Positions 38,756 to 50,639 of a stretch of DNA of 64,000 nt are shown here, piece by piece. How positions within the stretch are numbered: the first letter of the stretch is position 1; each line of letters opens with the position of its first letter. The notes below the pieces were generated by a model. It had not been told where the DNA came from. It was given only the letters and a program-made list of their open reading frames with translations, and ran no database searches. The stretch lies in assembly GCF_963921235.1 (NCBI RefSeq), contig NC_086097.1, positions 109,370,001 to 109,434,000 on the forward strand, read 5' to 3'. This DNA is from Mobula hypostoma. Lineage: Eukaryota. The translations under genes and the position numbers were made by a program.

Positions 38756-40779
38756 GGTTGTAAGTTGTCCTGTGATTAGGTTAGTGTTAAATCTAGGGCC
38801 GCTGGGCAGTGCAGGATAAAGGACGGGAAGGGCCTATTCTGCGTTGTATCTCAATAAAATAAAAATTTTAAAAATTCAAGAAAATTCCCAGATTTAATAC
38901 AGGTCACTGTCTGAAAGAGTGGTGGGGGCAGAAAGTCTTGCCATGGTGAAGAAGTGCCTGTGAAAACACTTGAAAAGCCATGGACTAAGAACAGGGCAGT
39001 GGAGCTAACTGGATAGCGAATCACCCACAGGTGAAACAGAAACAGAAACTGCTGGAAATATGCAACTTGTGAAGACAGAAACATGTTTAACATTTCTAAT
39101 CAACGATTTCTCACCAGAACTAAGAAGACGTTAGATAGCACAGGTTTTAAGTTGCAGCGAAGGGCGCCGGGTGGGGAAAATAAAGGAGCACATACAATGG
39201 GGAGGAAGTCAAAGGATGCTGTGGTGGAGCTGCCAGATGAATAAGGGTGCAGAGGCTTTTACCACCCTCTGTCACTCACTGCTCCCAAGGGAAGGTCCTT
39301 GCGTTTGAGTGATATCTCTCTCTCCCCCTCGGTGCTGTCGGCATATGGGGCTGGAACAAGGTTTAATTGACGCAGATTGTAGATTTGGACTCTAATTCAG
39401 TTTTTATGATGTGTTCTAGTTTCTAGTTCAAGCTTTGATCACTCCTTTTTTGTTACTACTTTTGAACGATCGGCTTGCAGAAAATGAATACTAAACTGAA
39501 CTGAAATTCCTTTTGATTTTGTGTATTTATCTCTTTTTGTTGCTGTTTGCATGATTTTATTTGCGAATGGGGCAGAGGGGTTTGAATGTGTTTGTTCTTT
39601 GTTTCGTGACTGTCTGCGGGAAGACAAATTTCAGGGATGTATACTGCACACATACTTTGCTAATAAATGTACTTTTGAAACTTTGAGCTGCAGGTCTATC
39701 GAGGAGAAATGTAAACCAGAGGTGAAGGAGGCCAGGGGAGAAATGTAAAAGCAGAGTGCTCAAAGTGTGAAACACAATTCACTGGAATTGCTGGAAATCT
39801 GAAATAAAGGAGAACACTGGAAATATCAAACCATGAATCTGTGGAGAGAGAGTAAGGGTTAAATGATATAGACTGAGAGACTGGAAAAAACTGTTTGTTC
39901 TGAAAATGATGAACCAGTATTGAGTCCTGAAGGATTAACACTGTGGTCGATTGACCATTTCCTGTGCTGTTGAATTCTAGGATTCTGTGCCTGTATCTGA
40001 TCGTTATATTCTTGGTTGGTGCAACTGTAATGAAACCAAATTTCCCTCGGGATCAAAAAAGTATGGATGCCATGCATCATTTTTACTCCTCATACTAGCG
40101 GACGGTCAGCTACAGCAGAATCAGAATCAGGTTTATTATCACCGGCATGTGACGTGAAATTTGTATTTAACAATTTGTAGACAACAATTTGTATTTATTA
40201 AGGATCGTTAATGTACCAATATATTTCAATGTACTTCAAAAGATTTTCGACTCTGAGCCACTCATTATGATTACTCAACAGAACTCAATGAACGGAAGTT
40301 TTAGGAATTATCATAAATGGGAAAATAAACAGTGAGGGACTTAAGCCAGGAACCATGGCTTGGACCATTCTAGATTAAGTCATGGCTACCACTTCAGGAG
40401 TGGTCAAAATCCATTATGCTGTCAGGCCTAAATTATCAGAATGCAAACCTCTTGGACATTGTAAAAACCTAGAGCAATTATACATTTAGTGAGAGGATTC
40501 GCAAAGAAGGTTTTAATACTATGGCATAAACAGGGAACAGAAATTTGGAGGATCTCAGATTTACAGAGAGGAATGGGTAGACCAAAATTGGACACTGATC
40601 GACAATCAAGTTCAAAGAGTAAAGTAACAGATGATCTGAGATAAAAGCACTGCTGGGCAATGTCATTATGGAAAAAGGCATTCTTAGTGGTATGATTGGA
40701 AACTAATCTCAAGGTGAAAAATGACACCAGGATTTCAAAGACACTGGTTAAACAGCCTAACTCAATACTACGAAGTCTG

Positions 40780-41310
40780 AGATTGTGAAACTTCAGACTT
40801 CCAAATCATTCATTTCAATACCTGTCTTTACCACTTATGGATTAGAATAAATTTACAAGTCCATGAGTCTAACATCAGTGGTAGGAAAGTAACTAGAGAA
40901 GATTCTGCGAGTCATATTTTTCTGCGTTTTAAAAGGCAAGAACCGATTAGGAACAGAGCATGGCTATATCCATGGGAAATCATCAAGTATTTGAGTTTTT
41001 TTAAAGGGGTGACTAAGCACTGAAGCTAAAGCAGTAAACCTTATCTACATTGCCTTTAGCAAGGCCTTTGACAAAGTCTTGCAGACTAGGCTGGAAGGAT
41101 GGATCACGTGAGATCCATGGTGAGGGAGCTAACTGGAGTTAGAGGGGTGACAGTGAAGGGATGTTTTTCAGACCGGGGGCCTACAAACAGTGGTGTTCCC
41201 CACATGTCAGTGCTGGGTCCCTGTTTGTCATATATATATTAACAATTTGGATGAGAATGTAGGTGGTCTGATCAGTAAGTTTACTGATAACAGCAAAATG
41301 GATACGGATA
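40780..41310 (+). mobile_element. Old CR1 RT fragment
   Basis: tttagcaaggcctttgacaaagtc (FSKAFDKV), SGVP, YINNLDENVGGLISKFTDNSK. Confidence 0.75.
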
Positions 41311-43628
41311 ATCCCTGGCCAAGATGGCACCGCGTACAGCAGCCACGTTGCGAGCTCTGTACCAACTTTACAGTGTACTGCTAAATTCTGCAATTTCCTT
41401 CACATTTCTTGTTCAAGAAGCTGATAGTCACATCAGATATGATTGTCTGACACTTTTGAACATGGGGAAGACGGCATTCACCTACAACATGCCGCCTTTC
41501 CTACACTGGGAACCCCTGCTTACACGAACCATAGGAGGCTCATTTACTACACTGTCACTACCTTGGAAGCCGCGCCATAGGCGAAGGAGAAGCACTGACG
41601 TCCCGGTGAGGATAAGACGTCGTGCTAATTGGCTGCTGCTCCCTAGCATTCTCTGGGTTGAAGTTCAGTCCCTAAGCAGCAAGCTGTGTGAACTGTTGTT
41701 TCCAGTGGGAAACAAAGGAATGTAATGTTTTGTGCTTTGTGGAGACCTGGTTGACGGAATAGATTCCAGATCACACCATCGAGCCCTCCGGATTCTCCCT
41801 GCTCTGCAGACAGGTCTAAAAACCTTTCTGGGAAGAGTAAAGGAGGTGGGGTATGCTTCATGGTCAATAATACTTTGGGACCCCTGGAATGTGCATACCC
41901 TCAAATCCTTTTGTTCCCCGGATCTGGAGTACCTGGTGCTGCTGTGTGGACCTTTCTGGCTGCCTAGGGAGTTCACGGCTTTTATTATCATCGCTGTGTA
42001 TATTCTGCTGCAGGCTGATACCGACCTGGCTCCCAAGGAACTGTAGGAGACCATCAGCACCCTGGAAACTGTACACCCGGACGCTGCTTTCATTGTTGCT
42101 GGAGACTTTAGTAGAGCGTCACTGTCTGAAGTCTCTCTGAAGTTTTGTCAAAACATGCTAACACTTGAGCACATGGAGAGATAGCACACCCGACCACTGC
42201 TATTCTCCCTTTCACAACGCTTACAAGGTGCTTCTCCATCCACCGTTTGGGAAGTCTGACCACTCCTCCATCCTGCTTCTGTCTGTGTACAGGCAGAAGC
42301 TAAACAAGAGGCGGCATTTGTTAAAACCGTCCATTGTTGGTCTGACCAAATCAGTCTCCATGTTACAGGACTGCTTTAGTGACGTCAGCTGCAATGTTTT
42401 TCATGATGAGGATGTCTCCAAGTTCACGAAAGGGGTCACAAGTTTCATCTGGAAGCGCATCGAGAACGTTGTCCCCCAAAAATCGGTCAGGGTCTATCCA
42501 AACCAGAAGCCCTGGATCAGCAGTTCCGAGCACGCTGCACCCACTGAGCGAGACAGAACTTTCACTGCTGGTAACCACCAAGAAACGCAGCTACAACCTA
42601 CGCAAAGTTGTCAAGGCAATGAAACGACAATACAGGGACAAGATCCAGACACAATTCCCCACCAACAACACGAGTAGCTTATAACAAGGTCTGCACACCA
42701 TCGCAGACTTCAAAGCTAAATGCAGTGGTGCTGCCAACATCACTGTCTCTCTCCCAGATGAGCTAATCTTTTTCATGCTCGGTTCAATGTCGCCAACACT
42801 GAGCCCCAGAGGAGAGTCGTTGATGTACCTGCACCTTGGTCATCTCTGAGGCTGAAGTATGCAAGTGTTTCCAACGAGTGGACAGTCACAAGGCTGTTGG
42901 ACTGGATGGCATCCCAGGGCGGGTACTTAGAGTGTGCACAGCACAACTGGCTGGTGTGTTTGCAGACATTTTTAATCTCTCCATCTCCTAGTGTAGAGTG
43001 CCCTCCTGCTTCTAAACATCCACCACTGTCCCTGTACCTAAAAAGACCGAGGTAACGTGTCTGAATGACTGGCGTCCTGTCGCACACACCTCAATAATTA
43101 GCAAATGTTTTGAGATGCTGGTCAAGGACTACATCTGCAGCATGTTACCACCCACACTGGACCCCCTACAATTCACCTACCAGCACAACCGATTGACAAA
43201 TGACTCAATAACCACTGCTCTACACACCGTCCTTACACCTCTAGAGAAGAAAGATGTTTATGTGAGAATGCTGTTCTTGGACTACAGTTCAGCATTCAAC
43301 ACCATAATTCCATCCAGGCTCGACAAGAAGCTCAGAGACCTCGGCCTTGACCCTGCCTTGTGCAGCTGTATCCTGGACTTCCTGTCAGATTGCTGGCAGG
43401 TGGTAAGAGTGGGCTCCCTCACCTCCAACCCTCTGACTCTCAACACAGGAGCCCCCCAGGGCTGTGTCCTAAGTCCCCTCCTTTACTCTCTGAACACCCA
43501 TAACTTGGTCGCCACCCACAACTCCAATCTGATAATTAAATTTGCAGTTGATACTACATTGATTGGCCTTATATCAAATAATAATGAGGCAGCCTACAGA
43601 GAAGAAGTCATCACCCTGACACAGTGTC
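41311..43628 (+). mobile_element. Rex1/Babar LINE from its 5' end through EN and RT, decayed and 3'-truncated
   Basis: 5' caagatggcac motif; EN (CSPDLEYL..CGPFWLPREF..IIIAVYI, FGKSDH); [44 protein letters not shown]. Confidence 0.9.
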
Positions 43629-43821
43629 TATACAGGTTTGCCTCCCTTGTCAGGAAAAATGTTATACCATAAGAATATTAAATTCTTCACAGTGATTAAA
43701 TCTTTAGGCCTGAGAATGGGACAATTTAATATTTAGTATGTTGTGTAAATATAGTAGTTGTATTATATTTCAAAGTTGCTGGTGAACGCAGCAGGCCAGG
43801 CAGCATCTATAGGAAGAAGCG

Positions 43822-43858
43822 CAGTCGACGTTTCAGGCCGAGACCCTTCGTCAGGACT
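43822..43858 (-). ncRNA. Minimal type I hammerhead ribozyme (inverted pLTR copy)
   Basis: Reverse complement reads agtc-CTGACGA-agggtctcggcct-GAAA-c-GTC-gactg. Confidence 0.82.
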
Positions 43859-44550
43859 AACTGAAGGAAGAGTGAGTAAGGGATTTGAAAGCTGGAGGGG
43901 GAGGGGGAGATGCAAAATGATAGGAGAAGACAGGAGGGGGAGGGATGGAGCCGAGAGCTGGACAGGTGATAGGCAGAAGGGGATACGAGAGGATCATGGG
44001 ACAGGAGGTCCGGGAAGAAAGACGGGGGGGGGGTGACCCAGAGGATGGGCAAGAGGTATATTCAGAGGGACAGAGGGAGAAAAAGGAGAGTGAGAGAAAG
44101 AATGTGTGCATTAAAAAGAGTAACAGATGGGGTACGAGGGGGAGGTGGGGCCTAGCGGAAGTTAGAGAAGTCAATGTTCATGCCATCAGGTTGGAGGCTA
44201 CCCATACGGAATATAAGGTGTTGTTCCTCCAACCTGAGTGTGGCTTCATCTTTACAGTAGAGGAGGCCGTGGATAGACATGTCAGAATGGGAATGGGATG
44301 TGGAATTAAAATGTGTGGCCACTGGGAGATCCTGCTTTCTCTGGCGGACAGAGCGTAGATGTTCAGCAAAGCGGTCTCCCAGTCTGCGTCGGGTCTCACC
44401 AATATATAAAAGGCCACATCGGGAGCACCGGACGCAGTATATCACCCCAGTCGACTCACAGGTGAAGTGATGCCTCACCTGGAAGGACTGTTTGGGGCCC
44501 TGAATGGTGGTAAGGGAGGAAGTGTAAGGGCATGTGTAGCACTTGTTCCG

Positions 44551-45428
44551 CTGACTCTCACAACTATCTGGACTATTCCTCCTCTCACCCTGTCTCTTGC
44601 AAAAACGCCATCCCCTTCTCGCAATTCCTCCGTCTCCGCCGCATCTGCTCTCAGGATGAGGCTTTTCATTCTAGGACGAGGGAGATGTCTTCATTTTTTA
44701 AAGAAAGGGGCTTCCCTTCCTCCACTATCAACTCTGCTCTTAAACGCATCTCCCCCATTTCACGTACATCTGCTCTCACTCCATCCTCCCACCACCCCAC
44801 TAGGAATAGGGTTCCCCTGGTCCTCACCTACCACCCCACCAGCCTCCGGGTCCAACATATTATTCTCCGTAACTTCCGCCACCTCCAACGGGATCCCACC
44901 ACTAAGCATATCTTTCCCTCCCCCCCTCTCTCTGCATTCCGCAGGGATCGCTCCCTACACAACTCCCTTGTCCATTCGTCCCCCCCATCCCTCCCCACTG
45001 ATCTCCCTCCTGGCACTTATCCGTGTAAGCGGAACAAGTGCTACACATGCCCTTATACTTCCTCCCTTACCACCATTCAGGGCACCAAACAGTCCTTCCA
45101 GGTGAGGCATCACTTCACCTGTGAGTCGACTGGGGTGATATACTGCGTCCGGTGCTCCCGATGTGGCCTTTTATATATTGGTGAGACCCGACGCAGACTG
45201 GGAGACCGCTTTGCTGAACATCTACGCTCTGTCCGCCAGAGAAAGCAGGATCTCCCAGTGGCCACACATTTTAATTCCACATCCCATTCCCATTCTGACA
45301 TGTCTATCCACGGCCTCCTCTACTGTAAAGATGAAGCCACACTCAGGTTGGAGGAACAACACCTTATATTCCGTATGGGTAGCCTCCAACCTGATGGCAT
45401 GAACATTGACTTCTCTAACTTCCGCTAG
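44551..45428 (+). CDS. 5'-truncated but uninterrupted PLE ORF: RT thumb, Cys-rich linker, GIY-YIG endonuclease
   Basis: YLDYSSSHPVSCKNAIPFSQFLRLRRICS; CKRNKCYTCPY; VIYCVRCSRCGLLYIGETRRRLGDRFAEH...PVATHFN...E...PDGMN. The predicted N-terminal MCSTCSA comes from the inverted arm and is not part of the native ORF. Confidence 0.85.
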
Positions 45429-45720
45429 GCCCCACCTCCCCCTCGTACCCCATCTGTTACTCTTTTTAATGCACACATTCTTTCTCTCACTCTCCTTTTT
45501 CTCCATTTGTCCCTCTGAATATACCTCTTGCCCATCCTCTGGGTCACCCCCCCCCGTCTTTCTTCCCGGACCTCCTGTCCCATGATCCTCTCGTATCCCC
45601 TTCTGCCTATCACCTGTCCAGCTCTCGGCTCCATCCCTCCCCCTCCTGTCTTCTCCTATCATTTTGCATCTCCCCCTCCCCCTCCAGCTTTCAAATCCCT
45701 TACTCACTCTTCCTTCAGTT

Positions 45721-45757
45721 AGTCCTGACGAAGGGTCTCGGCCTGAAACGTCGACTG
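45721..45757 (+). ncRNA. Minimal type I hammerhead ribozyme
   Basis: agtc-CTGACGA-agggtctcggcct-GAAA-c-GTC-gactg. Confidence 0.82.
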
Positions 45758-45944
45758 CTCTTCTTCCTATAGATGCTGCCTGGCCTGCTGCGTTCACCAG
45801 CAACTTTGATGTGTGTTGCTTGAATTTCCAGCATCTGCAGAATTCCTGTTGTTAGTTGTATTATATTGTATACTATGTATATATACACACACACACACAT
45901 GATGAGATGCATTCTATATAGATTTGGAGTTTATAGATAATGTG

Positions 45945-46370
45945 TTCCTTTGTCTTACCTTTCTTGAAAGCAACATTCAGCTCTTTTGTCTTATTGACGT
46001 TGAGTGCTAGGTTGTTGCAGTGACACCACTCCACCAGTTGGTATATCTCGCTCCTGTATGGCCTCTCACCTCCATCTGAGATTCTACCGACAATGGTCGT
46101 ATCATCACAAATTTTTAGATGGTATTTGAGCTATGCCTAGCCACACAGTCATGGGTATAGAGAGAGTAGAGAAGTGGGCTAAGCACACACCCCTGAGGTG
46201 CACCAGTATTGATCGTCAGCGAGGAGGATATGTTATCACCAATCCGCACAGACTGTGATCTTCCAGTTAGGAAGTTGAAGATTCAACTGCAGAGGGAGAT
46301 ACAGGGGTCCAGGTTCTGTAACTTATCAGTCAGGATTGTGGGAATGATGGTGTTACATGCTGAGCTATAA
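45945..46370 (-). mobile_element. Rex1/Babar RT fragment
   Basis: Reverse strand encodes [34 protein letters not shown]-like sequence. Confidence 0.82.
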
Positions 46371-46904
46371 GTTGATACAGGTTTTGTATAAAATCAAAAT
46401 ATTAAATAATTGGACAAGATATGATTAACATTGATGGATATGCTCCCAGTAAGGAATGCTAAACTACCCTCTACACTGGAGTGTCGACCTCTGCATCACC
46501 ATGCTGTTTAACTGTGCTTCCCTCATGGTTGGCACTTTGTGTTATAACAGCGTAAGACAGAGGAGCTGAATGATGTCATTCAGCCAGCTGAGTCTGCTCT
46601 GCCATCCAGTCTATATTGATGTATTTTCCCTCTCAATCTAAATTTCTCTCAATTGTTGAAATTGAACCTGCATCCACCATTTCTGCTGGCTACTCGTTCC
46701 ACATTCTCACAACCTTCTGAGTGAAGAAGTTCCTCCTTAAACATTTCACCCTTCACCCTTAACCCATGACCTCTAGTTCTGGTCTCACCCAACCTCAGTG
46801 GAAAACCTGCTTACATTTACCCTATCTATACCCCTCATAATTCTGTATCTCTCTCTCTCTAATATCCTCTCACTCCCCAATGCTCCAGGGAGTCTTTTGG
46901 AAGC

Positions 46905-47505
46905 CACTCATAAGCCTTTTCGTTCTGTCGCCACAAGAGGTCAACAGCAGATGCAATGTCAATGGCTCTTCACATGGCCTTAGACCACCTGGGCAATACA
47001 AACACCTATGTCAGGATGCTGCTCATCGACTATAGCTTAGCATTTAACACTATCATTCCCACAATCCTGGTTGGTAAGTTACAGAAACTGAACCTCTGTA
47101 ACTCCCTCTGCAGTTGGATCCTCGACTTCCTAAATGGAAGACCACAATTTGTGCGGATTGGTGATAATATCTCCTCCTCACTGACGATTAACACTGGTGC
47201 ACTTCAGGGGTGTGTGCTTAGCCCACTGTTCTACTCTCTCTATACCCATGACAGTGTGGTTAGGCATAGCTCAAATACCATCTATAAATTTGATGATGAT
47301 AGTAAAGTCTCAGATGGAGACAAGAAGCTATTTCCCTGTGTTCACACTACATGCATTTTAAATTATGTTTATTAACTTATTTGTGATAATGTTTTGTTTA
47401 ATGTGCTTTGTGTGATATATGCTATATGATTGCACTGTGTGCACTGTGGTCTGGAGGAACTTTGGTTGTATGTATGTACAGTCAGATGACAATAAACTTG
47501 AATTA
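46905..47505 (+). mobile_element. Rex1/Babar RT fragment joined to its 3' UTR
   Basis: [20 protein letters not shown]...[20 protein letters not shown]; ends gacaataaacttgaa. Confidence 0.85.
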
Positions 47506-47619
47506 CCTCAAAGGGCTGTGGATTGAAGTACCCTACTCTTTGAATGCTTTCTTTAGTTCTCTGTGCAACTACTAATGAATTATGTGTACAATGTGTATGT
47601 AATACTTCAGTAGTAATTG

Positions 47620-48012
47620 ATCAAATCTTTCAGCCTAAATGAGACAATTTGATATTTACTATGCTGTGGATGTCTGTATATAAAGGCTATATTATATAAT
47701 ACACTCTGTATATAGTTGCGGTGCATTTCCTATTGAATTGGACTTTATTACTAAGCACGGAGGAGTATTGTGTATTTAATATTTAAGTAAAATTTGAGTA
47801 ATCTTGTATATTTCTTGGTTGATTAACCATTCTGGTTTGTTTAAATAATTCATTACACATTATAGGTAAAAATATGTTAATTGCATACGTCATGATGCTA
47901 CCATTTCATACATGTGCGCCTCACTTAAAGTAAACTCGAAGTTACACCTGCATTTCGACTCCTGTATCTTCCATTGAATTAATTTAAAGTTTTGAAGTTA
48001 CAAAACATAGCA
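47620..48012 (+). mobile_element. Gypsy 3' UTR, PPT and LTR (LTR ~47766-48012)
   Basis: PPT aagcacggaggag, then tattgtgtatttaat...gttacaaaacatagca; homologous to the LTR at 57988-58211. Confidence 0.72.
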
Positions 48013-48861
48013 CGATGCTCTTCAGAATCATTTGCTTTGTGTAAAGCTGTTTACCTTCATCCCAATGTTGCATACTGTCTGACACCCCAAGAATACTACT
48101 GACCGTACACAAAACAAATCCATTTACCAAATGGTTGGTTAGTGGTCAGTGTGGCTTGGTGGGTCAAAGTTCCCGTTTCCATATTTTATTTCTCTTTGCC
48201 TGCCTCACATAGGAAGTGAATAATTTACATGACACTTTATATAGCCCCATGTTGATGGTGAAGCCCCTTTCGGCTAATGCTTGAGCTGCCCTTTTCTTTT
48301 TTCTCTGCCAGAGATGGGTATGAAGCATGTTTACAGTTTACATGAAGTGTGACTCACAGTTTACAGACAAACAATGCCTTCCTTTAAATTAACCTTTAAA
48401 AGTACCATTAAAGACAGCTTCTATTGCGTCCAGAGAGAGCCATGGATGTTTTGCAGAGTTCCATGAGGTACAAGCTCCTGCTCTGACGGCACTGGAAAGG
48501 CAGTAACAACTTTTCCCCAATTACATAACTGAAGACGATCCCTGGCACCAGGTTGATGTATTGGGCTGGTCCTTCAATTATACTGGGTATGCTGGTAGGT
48601 TCAAAAAAAAAATTTATTGACAGGAGCTTAAAACAAGAATATATGCTTTTTCAAGAAATAATAGCAAGGAACTCTAATAGGTTGGGGCTATTATATATTT
48701 TATATGCATGATGACATCATTAAGTCCTGAACCCACATGACTCATTTCCATAAATCATCACTAGGTACCAAGCAACAAAACAAGTAAGCAACTGGCCAAA
48801 AATGAGGTGACAGAGGTTACCCTAAAGAAGAGAAAGGAACTTAGGGAGGAACTTCCACAAC

Positions 48862-49417
48862 ATACACTGTAATTCGATACCTCCTGTACCTAATAAAGTG
48901 GGCACTCAGTTTATGTTCGTGGTCTTCTCTGCTGTAGCCTATCCACTCCAAGGTTTGATGTGTTGTGCATTCAGAGATGCTCTTCTGCACATCACTGTTG
49001 TAACACATGGTTATTTGAGTTACTATTGCCTTCCCTGTCAGCTTGAACCAGTCTGGCCATTCTCCTCTCTCATTAACAAGGCAACTTTGCTCACACAAAT
49101 GCCATTTGCGGAATGTTTATTTTTGTTTTTCGCAACATTCTCTGCAATCTCTAGAGACCTGCACGTGAAAATGCCAGACAATCTGTAGTTTCTGAGATAC
49201 TCAAACCACTCTATCTGGCATCAACAATAAATCTACAGTCAAAGTCACTTAGATCACATTTCTTCCCCATTCCGATGTTTGGTCTGAACAACATCTGAAC
49301 CTTTTGACCATTCTGTGTGCTATTATACAATGAGCTGCTGCCACGTGATTGGCTGTTTAGATATTTGCATTAAAAAAGAGGCGTATAGCTGCACCTAATA
49401 AAGTGACCAGTGCGTGT
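48862..49417 (-). mobile_element. Internally deleted Tc1-like transposon, same family as 18146-18721
   Basis: VTQITMCYNSDVQKSISECTTHQTLEWIGYS transposase piece; TIR cctaataaagtgaccag. Confidence 0.82.
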
Positions 49418-49439
49418 ATGTGCACAACAGATAGCGCAG

Positions 49440-49982
49440 ATGTGTTAGCATTGGAGAGGGTCTAGAGGAGGTTTACGAGAATGGTTTATGAGCTGTGTCA
49501 CCAACATGCTGGTATTAGAGAGGAGGCCGACAAGAAAGATAAGGGAGGAGCGTTTGATGGCTCTGGTACTGTACTTGCTGGAATTTAGAAGAATGTGGGA
49601 GGATCTAATTGAAACCAACTGAATATTGAATGGCTGAGGTAGAATAGATGTGGAGTGAATGTTTCCTATAGTGGAAGAGTCTCGAACCAGAGAACACAGC
49701 TTCAGAATAAAAGAATATCTTTCTAAAGTAGAGATGAGGAGGAACTTCTTTTGTCAGATGTTGGTAAGCCAGTGGAATTTATTTTCACAGAGTGCTCTAA
49801 AGGCTGAATCTTTGAGTATATTTAAAATGGAGGTTGACAGGTTCTTCACTTGTTTGGGTGTCGAACGTTATGGGGAGAAGGCAGGAGAACAGGGTTCTGA
49901 GGGAAAATACATGAGTGTAGATTGACTGGCAGAGTGGACTCACTTGGCCAGATGACGTCATTCAGCTCCTCTGTCTTATGGT
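49440..49982 (+). mobile_element. CR1 3' fragment
   Basis: MFPIVEESRTREHSFRI...MRRNFF followed by 3' UTR. Confidence 0.8.
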
Positions 49983-50044
49983 TTTATAAAACAAAGTGCC
50001 AACGACGAGGGAAGCACAGTAAAACAGAGGGTCGCATGGTGATG

Positions 50045-50362
50045 TAGAGGGTAGTGTAGCATAGCAGTTAACATAACACTTTCAAATACAATAGCTAGCA
50101 ATCGCAGATCAGGGTTCAATTCCCTGCTTTGCCTGTAAGGAGTTTGTACATTCTCGACTTGATCGCTTGAATTTCCTCCAGGTGCTCCAGCGTCCTCCCA
50201 CATTCCAAGACATATGGTTGGGGTTATTGATGTCATGTTGGTACCAGAAGCATGGCAACACTTGTGGGCTGCCCATCACGATCCTTGCTTATTTGATTTG
50301 ATGCAAAACAACACATTTCACTGTTTGTTTTAATGTGCATGTGATAAATAAAGCTAATCTTT
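50045..50362 (+). mobile_element. V-SINE variant with a Rex1/L2-like tail
   Basis: B-box gggttcaattccc, ctcccacattccaagac V-domain, tail catttcactgt...atgtgataaataaagctaatctt. Confidence 0.65.
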
Positions 50363-50376
50363 AGTTGCTAGAGATA

Positions 50377-50617
50377 ACAAATAAACTCTTCTCAGGCTTC
50401 CAGCTGGATACAGGTATCAATTTTATCCGATGTTTCGATGACAAATTCTGCCATTTTAATCAGGGATGACGCCTGGCATCAACGCTGCCAGGATCATCCC
50501 AGATGAAGATGGCAGAGTTTGTCATTTGAAATGTCGGTTAAAATCAATACCTGTACCAGGCTGAAAACCCAAGGAGAACCTATTCATCATATACGTTGGG
50601 AAAACACTTGATCCTCT
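50377..50617. mobile_element. ~240-bp palindromic mini-insertion made of two head-to-head Poseidon-like PLE terminal repeats
   Basis: 50378-50480 is the reverse complement of ~50484-50585; both match the ends of the 59311-61242 element; TSD ttgctagagata (50365-50376 and 50618-50629). Confidence 0.82.
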
Positions 50618-50639
50618 TTGCTAGAGATAGTTTGAAAAA

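Larger units (their letters stand above)
38420..38865 (+). mobile_element. HE1-like V-SINE containing a short PLE insertion
   Basis: Same head, V-domain and tail as 17310-17602, split at 38589-38755. Confidence 0.7.
43770..45852 (+). mobile_element. Young Neptune-like PLE with a long inverted 5' pseudo-LTR
   Basis: 43770-44552 is the near-perfect reverse complement of 45028-45809; perfect 15-bp TSD tagttgtattatatt (43755-43769 and 45853-45867). Confidence 0.95.
43630..45940 (+). mobile_element. Gypsy 3' internal/UTR remnant (43630-43769 and 45853-45940) hosting the PLE insertion
   Basis: Reverse complement of 58225-58405 (gtcaggaaa...ttaggcctga...gacaatttaat...gatgagatgcattctata). Confidence 0.7.
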
